Positions 27,201 to 40,808 of a stretch of 64,000 bases of DNA are shown here, in pieces (positions within the stretch are counted from its first letter, which is position 1; every line of letters starts with the position of its first letter). The stretch comes from Balanoglossus misakiensis (Eukaryota > Animalia > Hemichordata). The notes under the pieces are model-generated. The model was not told the origin of the DNA. It saw only the letters and a list, made by a program, of their open reading frames with translations, and ran no database searches. The stretch is taken from the NCBI GenBank assembly GCA_040954595.2, contig CM082578.2, forward strand, positions 89,640-153,639, written 5' to 3'. Made by a program: the position numbers and the translations under genes.

Positions 27201-30200
27201 AGAGCGGAAACACGCGTACATTGACCACGATGATCAAGTCAGATCTCCTACGGCCTGGCTCGACTAAAACCCCGGCACACCATGACAGACACTAGCGTTC
27301 GTTAGCAACGGTGATCAAGTCGGATTTCCTTCGGCCTGGCTCTGCAAAAGACCCGACACTCTAGTACAAAGACGTTGGCTAAGTCGGGCAAACCGAAGAG
27401 GGAAAGTCACAGCGGGTCAACACTCGACATTTGGTCGGGTAGGACTGCATTATTGCCTGTCAATTTATAGAGAAAGCCCGAATTTAACCAGGGCGTTCCA
27501 AACACCGACGTTAGTTGGGGGCACGGCCTGCAGTACTGCCGGGTAAGCTGACATCGGCGTACCGCATATAATGTAAGGGGGGGGGGGGGGACAGAACGGT
27601 TCAATACTACATTTATTAGATATCAGCTAATTTTGGACAATCATCTAAAATCTAAATCATTTTTTCATATTTGGATATCTGATGATGTATGAAATTTCCA
27701 TTATATGTAAAAATGGTGCTTATTATAAAACATGCACTCTGAATGAACTGATTTAATACAAGATTGCGTTTTATTCGTTTTTGCACCAAAAAGGTCATTT
27801 TTAGGCAAAACATTCTTTATATTTTTAATTCGGTGACCTGATCATATATAAACAATTGCTTGTATGTTAAAAGTTTTTATGACTTTTAAAAGCAGTGACA
27901 CTGGCGGCATTCATCACGAAAATAACAATTTTAGCCACAATTTGGTCAAAATGGTAAATTTTTGAAAATTACAAAAAATACCTGTTTTCTACATTTTCGG
28001 AAATCTGATGGAGTATAGAATGCTCTTCGTATGTATATATCGATACAAATTCCACAAAAGACCGTCTAATTTGGCTCACTGCAGACAAAATTGCGTTTTA
28101 CCAAATTTTCCTTGAAAATGTCATTTTTAGAAAAAAAAATAAAAAAACCTTTGTTCTTCGAATTTGGTGCCCTGATCATATATGACATGTTGATTGTATG
28201 TTAAAACTCTCGACCACTCCAAAAATGCAGAGATATTGACGGAATTCAAGAAAAATAGCCATTTTGGCCATATTTTGACAAAAATGGTAAATTTTTGAAA
28301 AATCATAAAAAATTAACTCTTTTCTTCATTTTCGGAAATATTATGGAGCATGAAGTGTCGTTCTCTTGCAAAAAGTGCTGCAAATTCCAGAAAAGGCAGT
28401 ATAATTTGAATCACCCAAGACAAAATTACCATTTTCAACTTTTTTTCGAAAAATTGTCTTTTTTTACAAAATAAATAAGAATAAATTCTTTTCTTAGTTT
28501 CAAACGGGTAGAGATACTTTCCACACGGGTTTTCTAACATTGAATTCCCGTTCATCAACTCAGATTTCCTACAGCATAAGTCGGCTAAAACCCTGACACT
28601 CTAGAGCAGAAACAGTTGCACACTGGTAACGTTGAACAAGTCGATTTTTCTACGACCTGGCTCGGCTAAATCTCCGTCACAATATGACAGACACTAGCGT
28701 ACGTTAGCAACGGTGATCAAGTCAGATTTTCTACGGCATGGCTTGGATAAAGCCCCGGCACTCTAGAGCAGAAACACGCGTACAGAGACCACGTTGATCA
28801 AGTCTGATCTCCTACGGCTTGACTCGACTAAAACCCTGGCACACTATGACAGACACTAGCGTTCGTTAGCAACGGTGATCAAGTCGGATTTCCTTCGGCC
28901 TGGCTCTGCAAAAGACCCGACACTCTAGTACAAAGACGTTGGCTAAGTCGGGCAAACCGAAGAGGGAAAGTCACAGCGGGTCAACACTCGACATTTGGTC
29001 GGGTAGGACTGCATTATTGCCTGTCAATTTATAGAGAAAGCCCGAATTTAACCAGGGCGTTCCAAACACCGACGTTAGTTGGGGGCACGGCCTGCAGTAC
29101 TGCCGGGTAAGCTGACATCAGCGTACCGCATATAATGTAGGGGGGGGGGGGACAGAACGGTTAAATACTACATTTATCAGATATCAGCTAATTTTGGACA
29201 ATCATCTAAAATGTAAATCATCTTTTCATATTTGGATATCTGATGATGTATGACATTTCCATTATATGTAAAAATGGTGCTGATTATAAAAATGCACTCT
29301 GAATGAGCTGATTTAATGCAAAATTGCGTTTTATTCGTTTTTGCACCAAAAAGGTCATTTTTAGGCAAAACATTCTTTTTTTTTTTAATTCGGTGACCTG
29401 ATCATATATAAACAATTGCTTGTATGTTAAAAGTTTTTATGACTTTTAAAAGCAGTGACACTGGCGGCATTCAACACGAAAATAACAATTTTAGCCACAA
29501 TTTGGTCAAAATGGTAAATTTTTGAAAATTACAAAAAATACCTGTTTTCTACATTTTCGGAAATCTGATGGAGTATAGAATGCTCTTCGTACGTATATAT
29601 CGATACAAATTCCACAAAAGACCGTCTAATTTGGCTCACTGCAGACAAAATTGCGTTTTACAAAATTTTCCTTGAAAATGTCATTTTTAGAAAAAAAAAA
29701 TAAAAAAACCTTTTATCTTCGAATTTGGTGCCCTGATCATATATGACATGTTGATTGTATGTTAAAACTTTCGACCACTCCAAAAATGCAGAGATATTGA
29801 CGGAATTCAAGAAAAAATAGCCATTTTGGCCATATTTTGACAAAAATGGTAAATTTTTAAAAAATCATAAAAAATTAACTCTTTTCTTCATTTTCGGAAA
29901 TATTATGGAGCATGAAGTGTCGTTCTCTTGTAAAAAGTGCTGCAAATTCCAGAAAAGGCGGTATAATTTGAATCACCCAAGACAAAATTACCATTTTCGA
30001 CTTTTTTTCGAAAAATTGTCTTTTTTACAAAATAAATAAGAATTAATTCTTTTCTTAGTTTCAAACGGGTAGAGATACTTTCCACACGGGTTTTCTAACA
30101 TTGAATTCCCGTTCATCAACTCAGATTTCCTACAGCATAAGTCGGCTAAAACCCTGAGACTTTAGAGCAGAAACAGTTGCACACTGGTAACGTTGAAAAA

Positions 30201-33200
30201 GTCGATTTTTCTACGGCCTGGCTCGGCTAAATCTCCGTCACAATATGACAGACACTATCGTACGTTAGCAACGGTGATCAAGTCAGATTTTCAACGGCAT
30301 GGGTTGGATAAAGCCCCGGCACTATAGAGCAGAAACACGCGTACAGAGACCACGTTGATCAAGTCTGATCTCCTACGGCTTGGCTCGACTAAAACCCCGG
30401 CACACTATGACAGACACTAGCGTTCGTTAGCAACGTTGATCAAGTCAGATTTCCTACGGCATGGCTTTGCTAAAGCCCTGACACTCTAGAGCAGAAACAC
30501 GCGTACAGAGACCACGTTGATCTACTCACATTTCCTTCGGCCTGGCACGGCTGATGCCCCGGCACTATATATAGGACACAGACTGGCGTAAGTTAACAAC
30601 GGTAATCACGTCGGGTTTCCTACGGCCTGGCTCAGCTGAAGCCCCGGCACTCTAGAGCAGAAACAGGCGTACATTGACCACGTTGATCAAGTCAGATTTC
30701 CTACGGCGTGACTCGGCTGGTGCACCGGCTCTATATGACACAGACTGGCGTAAGTTATCAACGGTGATTACGTCGGATTTCCTACGGCCTGGTTTAGCTG
30801 AAGCCCCGGCACTTTAGAGCGGAAACACGCGTACATTGACCACGATGATCAAGTCAGATCTCCTACGGCCTGGCTCGACTAAAACCCCGGCACACCATGA
30901 CAGACACTAGCGTTCGTTAGCAACGGTGATCAAGTCGGATTTCCTTCGGCCTGGCTCTGCAAAAGACCCGACACTCTAGTACAAAGACGTTGGCTAAGTC
31001 GGGCAAACCGAACAGGGAAAGTCACAGCGGGTCAACACTCGACATTTGTTCCGGTAGGACTGCATTATTGCCTGTCAATTTATAGAGAAAGCCCGAATTT
31101 AACCAGGGCGTTTCAAACACCGACGTTAGTTGGGGGCACGGCCTGCAGTACTGCCGGGTAAGCTGACATCAGCGTACCGCATATAATGTAGGGGGGGGGA
31201 ACAGAACGGTTAAATACTACATTTATCAGATATCAGCTAATTTTGGACAATCATCTAAAATGTAAATCATCTTTTCATATTTGGATATCTGATGATGTAT
31301 GAAATTTCCAATATATGTAAAAATGGTGCTGATTATAAAAAATGCACTCTGAATGAGCTGATTTAATACAAAATTGCGTTTTATTCGTTTTTGCACCAAA
31401 AAGGTCATTTTTAGGCAAAACATTCTTTATTTTTTTAATTCGGTGACCTGATCATATATAAGCAATTGCTTGCATGTTAAAAGTTTTTATGACTTTTAAA
31501 AGCAGTGACACTGGCGGCATTCAACACGAAAATAACAATTTTAACCACAATTTGGTCAAAATGGTAAATTTTTGAAAATTACAAAAAATACCTGTTTTCT
31601 ACATTTTCGGAAATCTGATGGAGTATAGAATGCTCTTCGTATATATATATCGATACAAATTCCACAAAAGACCGTCTAATTTGGCTCACTGCAGACAAAA
31701 TTGCGTTTTACCAAATTTTCCTTGAAAATGTCATTTTTAGAAAAATAAAATAAAAAAACCTTCGTTCTTCGAATTTGGTGCCCTGATCATATATGATATG
31801 TTGATTGTATGTTAAAACTTTCGACCACTCCAAAAATGCAGAGATATTGACGGAATTCAAGAAAAAATAGCCATTTTGGCCATATTTTGACAAAATGGTA
31901 CATTTTTAAAAAATCATAAAAAATAAACTCTTTTCTTCATTTTCGGAAATATTATGGAGCATGAAGTGTCGTTCTCTTGTAAAAAGTGCTGCAAATTCCA
32001 GAAAATGTGGTATAATTTGAATCACCCAAGACAAAATTACCATTTTCGACTTGTTTTCGAAAAATTGTCTTTTTTACAAAATAAATAAGAATAAATTCTT
32101 TTCTTAGTTTCAAACGGGTAGAGATACTTTCCACACGGGTTTTCTAACATTGAATTCCCGTTTATCAACTCAGATTTCCTACAGCATAAGTCGGCTAAAA
32201 CCCTGACACTCTAGAGCAGAAACAGTTGCACACTGATAACGTTGAACAAGTCGATTTTTCTACGGCCTGGCACGGCTAAATCTCGTCACAATATGACAGA
32301 CACTAGCGTACGTTAGCAACGGTGATCAAGTCAGATTATCAACGGCATGGGTTGGATAAAGCCCCGGCACTCTAGAGCAAAAACACGCGTACAGAGACCA
32401 CGTTGATCAAGTCTGATCTCCTACGGCTTGGCTCGACTAAAACCCCGGCACACTATGACAGACACTAGCGTTCGTTAGCAACGTTGATCAAGTCAGATTT
32501 CCTACGGCATGGCTCAGCTGAAGCCCCGGCACTCTAGAGCAGAAACAGGCGTACATTGACCACGTTGATCAAGTCAGATTTCCTACGGCGTGACTCGGCT
32601 GGTGCACCGGCTCTATATGACACAGACTGGCGTAAGTTATCAACGGTGATTACGTCGGATTTCCTACGGCCTGGTTTAGCTGAAGCCCCGGCACTTTAGA
32701 GCGGAAACACGCGTACATTGACCACGATGATCAAGTCAGATCTCCTACGGCCTGGCTCGACTAAAACCCCGGCACACCATGACAGACACTAGCGTTCGTT
32801 AGCAACGGTGATCAAGTCGGATTTCCTTCGGCCTTGCTCTGCAAAAGACCCGACACTCTAGTACAAAGACGTTGGCTAAGTCGGGCAAACCGAACAGGGA
32901 AAGTCACAGCGGGTCAACACTCGACATTTGTTCCGGTAGGACTGCTTTATTGCCTGTCAATTTATAGAGAAAGCCCGAATTTAACCAGGGCGTTTCAAAC
33001 ACCGACGTTAGTTGGGGCACGGCCTGCAGTACTGCCGGGTAAGCTGACATCAGCGTACCGCATATAATGTAGGGGGGGGGGGGAACAGAACGGTTAAATA
33101 CTACATTTATCAGATATCAGCTAATTTTGGACAATCATCTAAAATGTAAATCATCTTTTCATATTTGGATATCTGATGATGTATGAAATTTCCAATATAT

Positions 33201-36200
33201 GTAAAAATGGTGCTGATTATAAAAAATGCACTCTGAATGAGCTGATTTAATACAAAATTGCGTTTTATTCGTTTTTGCGCCAAAAAGGTCATTTTTAGGC
33301 AAAACATTCTTTATTTTTTTAATTCGGTGACCTGATCATATATAAGCAATTGCTTGCATGTTAAAAGTTTTTATGACTTTTAAAAGCAGTGACACTGGCG
33401 GCATTCAACACGAAAATAACAATTTTAACCACAATTTGGTCAAAATGGTAAATTTTTGAAAATTACAAAAAATACCTGTTTTCTACATTTTCGGAAATCT
33501 GATGGAGTATAGAATGCTCTTCGTATATATATATCGATACAAATTCCACAAAAGACCGTCTAATTTGGCTCACTGCAGACAAAATTGCGTTTTACCAAAT
33601 TTTCCTTGAAAATGTCATTTTTAGAAAAATAAAATAAAAAAAACTTCGTTCTTCGAATTTGGTGCCCTGATCATATATGATATGTTGATTGTATGTTAAA
33701 ACTTTCGACCACTCCAAAAATGCAGAGATATTGACGGAATTCAAGAAAAAATAGCCATTTTGGCCATATTTTGACAAAATGGTACATTTTTAAAAAATCA
33801 TAAAAAATAAACTCTTTTCTTCATTTTCGGAAATATTATGGAGCATGAAGTGTCGTTCTCTTGTAAAAAGTGCTGCAAATTCCAGAAAATGTGGTATAAT
33901 TTGAATCACCCAAGACAAAATTACCATTTTCGACTTGTTTTCGAAAAATTGTCTTTTTTACAAAATAAATAAGAATAAATTCTTTTCTTAGTTTCAAACG
34001 GGTAGAGATACTTTCCACACGGGTTTTCTAACATTGAATTCCCGTTTATCAACTCAGATTTCCTACAGCATAAGTCGGCTAAAACCCTGACACTCTAGAG
34101 CAGAAACAGTTGCACACTGATAACGTTGAACAAGTCGATTTTTCTACGGCCTGGCACGGCTAAATCTCGTCACAATATGACAGACACTAGCGTACGTTAG
34201 CAACGGTGATCAAGTCAGATTTTCAACGGCATGGGTTGGATAAAGCCCCGGCACTCTAGAGCAGAAACACGCATACAGAGACCACGTTGATCAAGTCTGA
34301 TCTCCTACGGCTTGGCTCGACTAAAACCCCGGCACACTATGACAGACACTAGCGTTCGTTAGCAACGTTGATCAAGTCAGATTTCCTACGGCATGGCTTT
34401 GCTAAAGCCCTGACACTCTAGAGCAGAAACACGCGTACAGAGACCACGTTGATCTACTCACATTTCCTTCGGCCTGGCACGGCTGATGCCCCGGCACTAT
34501 ATATAGGACACAGACTGGCGTAAGTTAACAACGGTAATCACGTCGGGTTTCCTACGGCCTGGCTCAGCTGAAGCCCCGGCACTCTAGAGCAGAAACAGGC
34601 GTACATTGACCACGTTGATCAAGTCAGATTTCCTACGGCGTTACTCGGCTGGTGCACCGGCTCTATATGACACAGACTGGCGTAAGTTATCAACGGTGAT
34701 TACGTCGGATTTCCTACGGCCTGGTTTAGCTGAAGCCCCGGCACTTTAGAGCGGAAACACGCTTACATTGACCACGATGATCAAGTCAGATCTCCTACGG
34801 CCTGGCTCGACTAAAACCCCGGCACACCATGACAGACACTAGCGTTCGTTAGCAACGGTGATCAAGTCGGATTTCCTTCGGCCTGGCTCTGCAAAAGACC
34901 CGACACTCTAGTACAAAGACGTTGGCTAAGTCGGGCAAACCGAACAGGGAAAGTCACAGCGGGTCAACACTCGACATTTGTTCCGGTAGGACTGCTTTAT
35001 TGCCTGTCAATTTATAGAGAAAGCCCGAATTTAACCAGGGCGTTTCAAACACCGACGTTAGTTGGGGGCACGGCCTGCAGTACTGCCGGGTAAGCTGACA
35101 TCAGCGTACCGCATATAATGTAGGGGGGGGGGGGAACAGAACGGTTAAATACTACATTTATCAGATATCAGCTAATTTTGGACAATCATCTAAAATGTAA
35201 ATCATCTTTTCATATTTGGATATCTGATGAAGTATGAAATTTCCAATATATGTAAAAATGGTGCTGATTATAAAAAATGCACTCTGAATGAGCTGATTTA
35301 ATACAAAATTGCGTTTTATTCGTTTTTGCACCAAAAAGGTCATTTTTAGGCAAAACATTCTTTATTTTTTTAATTCGGTGACCTGATCATATATAAGCAA
35401 TTTCTTGCATGTTAAAAGTTTTTATGACTTTTAAAAGCAGTGACACTGGCGGCATTCAACACGAAAATAACAATTTTAGCCACAATTTGGTCAAAATGGT
35501 AAATTTTTGAAAATTACAAAAAATACCTGTTTTCTACATTTTCGGAAATCTGATGGAGTATAGAATGCTCTTCGTATATATATATCGATACAAATTCCAC
35601 AAAAGACCGTCTAATTTGGCTCACTGCAGACAAAATTGCGTTTTACCAAATTTTCCTTGAAAATGTCATTTTTAGAAAAATAAAATAAAAAAACCTTCGT
35701 TCTTCGAATTTGGTGCCCTGATCATATATGATATGTTGATTGTATGTTAAAACTTTCGACCACTCCAAAAATGCAGAGATATTGACGGAATTCAAGAAAA
35801 AATAGCCATTTTGGCCATATTTTGACAAAATGGTACATTTTTAAAAAATCATAAAAAATAAACTCTTTTCTTCATTTTCGGAAATATTATGGAGCATGAT
35901 GTGTCGTTCTTTTGTAAAAAGTGCTGCAAATTCCAGAAAATGTGGTATAATTTGAATCACCCAAGACAAAATTACCATTTTCGACTTGTTTTCGAAAAAT
36001 TGTCTTTTTTACAAAATAAATAAGAATAAATTCTTTTCTTAGTTTCAAACGGGTAGAGATACTTTCCACACGGGTTTTCAAACATTGAATTCCCGTTTAT
36101 CAACTCAGATTTCCTACAGCATAAGTCGGCTAAAACCCTGACACTCTAGAGCAGAAACAGTTGCACACTGATAACGTTGAACAAGTCGATTTTTCTACGG

Positions 36201-38077
36201 CCTGGCACGGCTAAATCTCGTCACAATATGACAGACACTAGCGTACGTTAGCAACGGTGATCAAGTCAGATTTTCAACGGCATGGGTTGGATAAAGCCCC
36301 GGCACTCTAGAGCAGAAACACGCGTACAGAGACCACGTTGATCAAGTCTGATCTCCTACGGCTTGGCTCGACTAAAACCCCGGCACACTATGACAGACAC
36401 TAGCGTTCGTTAGCAACGTTGATCAAGTCAGATTTCCTACGGCATGGCTTTGCTAAAGCCCTGACACTCTAGAGCAGAAACACGCGTACAGAGACCACGT
36501 TGATCTACTCACATTTCCTTCGGCCTGGCACGGCTGATGCCCCGGCACTATATATAAGACACAGACTGGCGTAAGTTAACAACGGTAATCACGTCGGGTT
36601 TCCTACGGCCTGGCTCAGCTGAAGCCCCGGCACTCTAGAGCAGAAACAGGCGTACATTGACCACGTTGATCAAGTCAGATTTCCTACGGCGTGACTCGGC
36701 TGGTGCACCGGCTCTATATGACACAGACTGGCGTAAGTTATCAACGGTGATTACGTCGGATTTCCTACGGCCTGGTTTAGCTGAAGCCCCGGCACTTTAG
36801 AGCGGAAACACGCGTACATTGACCACGATGATCAAGTCAGATCTCCTACGGCCTGGCTCGACTAAAACCCCGGCACACCATGACAGACACTAGCGTTCGT
36901 TAGCAACGGTGATCAAGTCGGATTTCCTTCGGCCTGGCTCTGCAAAAGACCCGACACTCTAGTACAAAGACGTTGGCTAAGTCGGGCAAACCGAACAGGG
37001 AAAGTCACAGCGGGTCAACACTCGACATTTGTTCCGGTAGGACTGCTTTATTGCCTGTCAATTTATAGAGAAAGCCCGAATTTAACCAGGGCGTTTGAAA
37101 CACCGACGTTAGTTGGGGGCACGGCCTGCAGTACTGCCGGGTAAGCTGACATCAGCGTACCGCATATAATGTAGGGGGGGGGAACAGAACGGTTAAATAC
37201 TACATTTATCAGATATCAGCTAATTTTGGACAATCATCTAAAATGTAAATCATCTTTTCATATTTGGATATCTGATGATGTATGAAATTTCCAATATATG
37301 TAAAAATGGTGCTGATTATAAAAAATGCACTCTGAATGAGCTGATTTAATACAAAATTGCGTTTTATTCGTTTTTGCACCAAAAAGGTCATTTTTAGGCA
37401 AAACATTTTTTATTTTTTTAATTCGGTGACCTGATCATATATAAGCAATTGCTTGCATGTTAAAAGTTTTGATGACTTTTAAAAGCAGTGACACTGGCGG
37501 CATTCAACACGAAAATAACAATTTTAACCACAATTTGGTCAAAATGGTAAATTTTTGAAAATTACAAAAAATACCTGTTTTCTACATTTTCGGAAATCTG
37601 ATGGAGTATAGAATGCTCTTCGTATATATATATATATCGATACAAATTCCACAAAAGACCGTCTAATTTGTCTCACTGCAGACAAAATTGCGTTTTATCA
37701 AATTTTCCTTGAAAATGTCATTTTTAGAAAAATAAAATAAAAAAAACCTTCGTTCTTCAAATTTGGTGCCCTGATCATATATGATATGTTGATTGTATGT
37801 TAAAACTTTCGACCACTCCAAAAATGCAGAGATATTGACGGAATTCAAGAAAAAATAGCCATTTTGGCCATATTTTGACAAAATGGTACATTTTTAAAAA
37901 ATCATAAAAAATAAACTCTTTTCTTGATTTTCGGAAATATTATGGAGCATGAAGTGTCGTTCTCTTGTAAAAAGTGCTGCAAATTCCAGAAAATGTGGTA
38001 TAATTTGAATCACCCAAGACAAAATTACCATTTTCGACATGTTTTCGAAAAATTGTCTTTTTTACAAAATAAATAAG

Positions 38078-38114
38078 AATTAAAGCTGCAAGCAGCGTTG
38101 GCGGGGCACAAGCG
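38078..38114. other. Helentron terminus: small stem-loop and 12-bp subterminal inverted repeat
   Basis: AATTAAA-GCTGCAAGCAGC-GTTGGC-GGGGCACAAGCG. 38103-38114 is the reverse complement of 58637-58648. Confidence 0.9.
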
Positions 38115-39360
38115 GTTCCCATGGTAACCAGCAAATGCCAAGGCTGTATCTGCTGTGGATGCCAAGATATGGAGAAAGTAGGTCAAAGGTCACCTGAGGT
38201 CACCCCAAATTTGGGGAAAACAGTTTGACACTGTACAGGTCCATGTCCACCAAAAACCCAACCTCTAGCTTGTGGTTAGCTTGGAATGAAATATGTGCAT
38301 AATTAATGAGGTATTGTGTAAGACTCCATTATGTGCTCAAATTCCCCAAATGCCAGGGCTTTATCTGTTCTGGTACCCATGTCCACAATAATCAAACATA
38401 TACCTGCATTTGTTGGTGTAGTATATTAGACATGTGCATATAATTAAAAAAGCGCTGAAACAATGTGAAAATTGGAGTGCAAAGTTTGCTTCTATACCTA
38501 TTCAGGCTATTCAAATACCAAATTAAATTGTGCCTGCATGTGTTCATAAACGTTTAAATATGCTTGACATCCATTAGTGGTATGAACTTTCGCTCGTTCA
38601 CTCGTACAACTATTTTGGTGTTTTTATTATTAGCTCTTTTGTTGATGATGATGACATTAAGTGACAAATGCGTTAAATATGTATTTGTGACAACTTTCTT
38701 TCAAGAATAGTTGTTCACTGTTCTACCCAGGTGAATACGAGACTATTTCAGTCATTTTGCAGAAATTTATACTGCTTCCAGCTGTGGTCTATCTTTACAG
38801 GTACTAACAACAATTTCCGTGCCCAATAACAATTGTTTCAGAAGGCTGAATGTTTATGCCTGTACATATATAAATTCACTACAGTGCATACACTGGAGAA
38901 ATATTTTAAACTCATTTCTGTATTGAAAACCTTTTGGACGGTGCATACATGTATCTGTGTCATGTATATTTTTCTATAACCTTACCTGATTCAAATAAAT
39001 GAAATGAACATCATAAAAGCAGACCTTTTTGGTAGCTTAATCATAAAATAAGGGATGATCATAATAATTGGAATTCAATAAGGTCAGGTTCATCCAAAAT
39101 AAGTTTCAGTGCCAGATACATAGTGCAAAGTCCATGAACTGCCAATTTGCCCACCCACTGTATATATAGGCTCCTATACCGCTCAGCGCCACCAACGGAA
39201 GAATGGAGAGAAGAGATTTTCATTCACGTTGATCTTATCATTAGATGTTTGCACCAAAATATAATAAATGAGCAATGATAACGATGGGGAAATTAATTAT
39301 ATGTTGATTGAAACATAACAGTCATCGCAAGTGTAACAACGAACTCGTTTATTTGAACGT

Positions 39361-39457
39361 CTTGGGCGGAAGTGACGTACAAAAGAAAGGCAGAATACCA
39401 ATGTTTGGGGGCGCTATACCAATTACAGCCACACTCTATACTGAACTACTGGTGAGT
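39361..39457 (+). promoter_or_regulatory. Candidate promoter and first splice donor for the RepHel transcript
   Basis: GGGCGGAAGTGACGT (GC-box/ETS/CRE-half-site composite) at ~39364 in a locally CpG-retaining stretch, followed by donor-like GTGAGT at 39452. Further donor-like sites at 39708 and 39784. Motif-only evidence. Confidence 0.4.
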
Positions 39458-39829
39458 ATTATTTTGTAAAGCCCGTCTTTCGAAAATTAGTTTTAGATAA
39501 GCGATCCCGATGTTTCAAGGCACGAAAGATATATGACACTGTGCGGGAAGATGTTGGGTTATGAGTACTTGATGGCCATCATCGAAGTTTAATTCGATTG
39601 TGTGAAATTATTGACGATTCTTTTCGATCGCTGACACAGCTGCCTAAAAAGTAGGGTTAGGGACTTAGGGTAAAAATAGAATCGCGACCACCACATGCGG
39701 TCTGCAGGTGAGTTTGTTTTGGTTCTTTCTTGAAACGTGCAGCTTTTTGGATGAAATAATACATTACAGAACCCAGCAAAACTGTAAGTATCTGTGCAAA
39801 TGGTTCGCTATGTAATCGAAGGGAAATCC

Positions 39830-39924
39830 TTAGCTGCAATGATTGTAGCGGGTGCTGCTAGGTTGACTGATGCTGCGAACACACCAGTCAACCTAGCAGC
39901 ACCCGCTACAATCATTGCAGCTAA
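39830..39924. repeat. Perfect palindrome, 40-bp stem with 15-nt loop (possible TA-flanked mini-MITE)
   Basis: TTAGCTGCAATGATTGTAGCGGGTGCTGCTAGGTTGACTG (39830-39869) is the exact reverse complement of 39885-39924. Confidence 0.93.
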
Positions 39925-40808
39925 TAAACACATTCTCAGTTTTGTACATTTCATATTAGTGTCATTGAGGAAGAAATTGCAGTTATATTTAACCTTGGGA
40001 ATATGTTCAAGAAGCAACGAATTGTAGTTTTAGCTGTGAATTGAATAATTCATTTCTATAGTCTATTAGAGGTATATGCATAGATTGCAAATAGTATTGC
40101 TGGGTATTCTTATGTTGCATTTAGACTACAATGCTGCACAAGTAGAATGAACCACAACAAAGTCACCAGGGTGAAGTGTTCATGACATACTGTAAAACAG
40201 GTCATTGGCATGACATGAAATTTTTGCTATATCAAAAGAAGCAACTGTTACGTGAGGATTAATTTTTGCTTGGTTTCATGTCTGTTCGTGTGCCAGTTTA
40301 GTTGAGTGTGTGGCACATATGTGAATGTTGGTATATACAGCCTGTGCACAGTGTATATAATTGCACCATGTGATTGCGTGTGTTTGGACCTTTGCACCTC
40401 TTTGATGCCTGTCCGTCTGTGTGCTAGTTCATCAGAGTGTGGATGCGTGTGTGTAGGTATGTCTATGTATCATGTGTTTGCATCTTTTTCTGAATCTTTG
40501 TCTGCATGTCTTTGTTGATTCATGTATGTCTGGAACTCCTGTCTGTGTGCAAGTTTATCAAAGTGGGTGTGTGTGGCTAGGTATTAGTACTACATGTACC
40601 CTTTGTTTATGTTCGGGGTGTGCACTGTCAGCCGTTCTGGATTGGCTGTGTAAATTGTATATGTACATTGAATGATTTTTGTGTCACTATGCATGGTTCT
40701 ATTGTGTATGCAGAAAACAATGTACTTACATGTATTTTGATATGCAGTATTCAGTCTTTGTAAAGGTGTTTGAATGTAAAGTGTGACGATGGGGAATGGG
40801 ATCACTTA

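Larger units (their letters stand above)
6323..38077. repeat. Tandem array of ~2.05-kb composite unit (~16 units), left part
   Basis: Poly-G marker at ~7330, 9385, 11435, 13483, 15536, 17420, 19466, 21352, 23482, 25528, 27577, 29140, 31191, 33072, 35123 and 37175. The same short shadow ORFs recur at this period. Confidence 0.98.

Noticed and set aside
6323-38077. CRISPR-like appearance of regularly spaced GATCAAGTCAGATTTCCTACGGC repeats
   Set aside because: The intervening sequences are themselves repeated and homologous rather than unique spacers. There are no cas genes and the context is eukaryotic.
38078-38080. AAT as a 3-bp target-site duplication of the 20.6-kb element
   Set aside because: AATT is part of the conserved terminus in all three elements. 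The nested copies are followed by AAA and AAG, not AAT, and excision without a TSD restores the target exactly.
8067-38134. Recurrent 60-85 aa minus-strand ORFs (MESISTRL..., MSKYGQNG..., MFCLKMTF...)
   Set aside because: They are low-complexity F/K/I-rich translations of A/T tracts, often with non-ATG starts. They are frameshifted by homopolymer changes between units.
39794-40027. Overlapping ORFs with LAAMIVAGAARLT on both strands
   Set aside because: An artefact of the perfect palindrome.
40280-40800. Cys/Val-rich ORFs resembling metal-binding peptides
   Set aside because: Translation of degenerate (TG)-rich low-complexity DNA.
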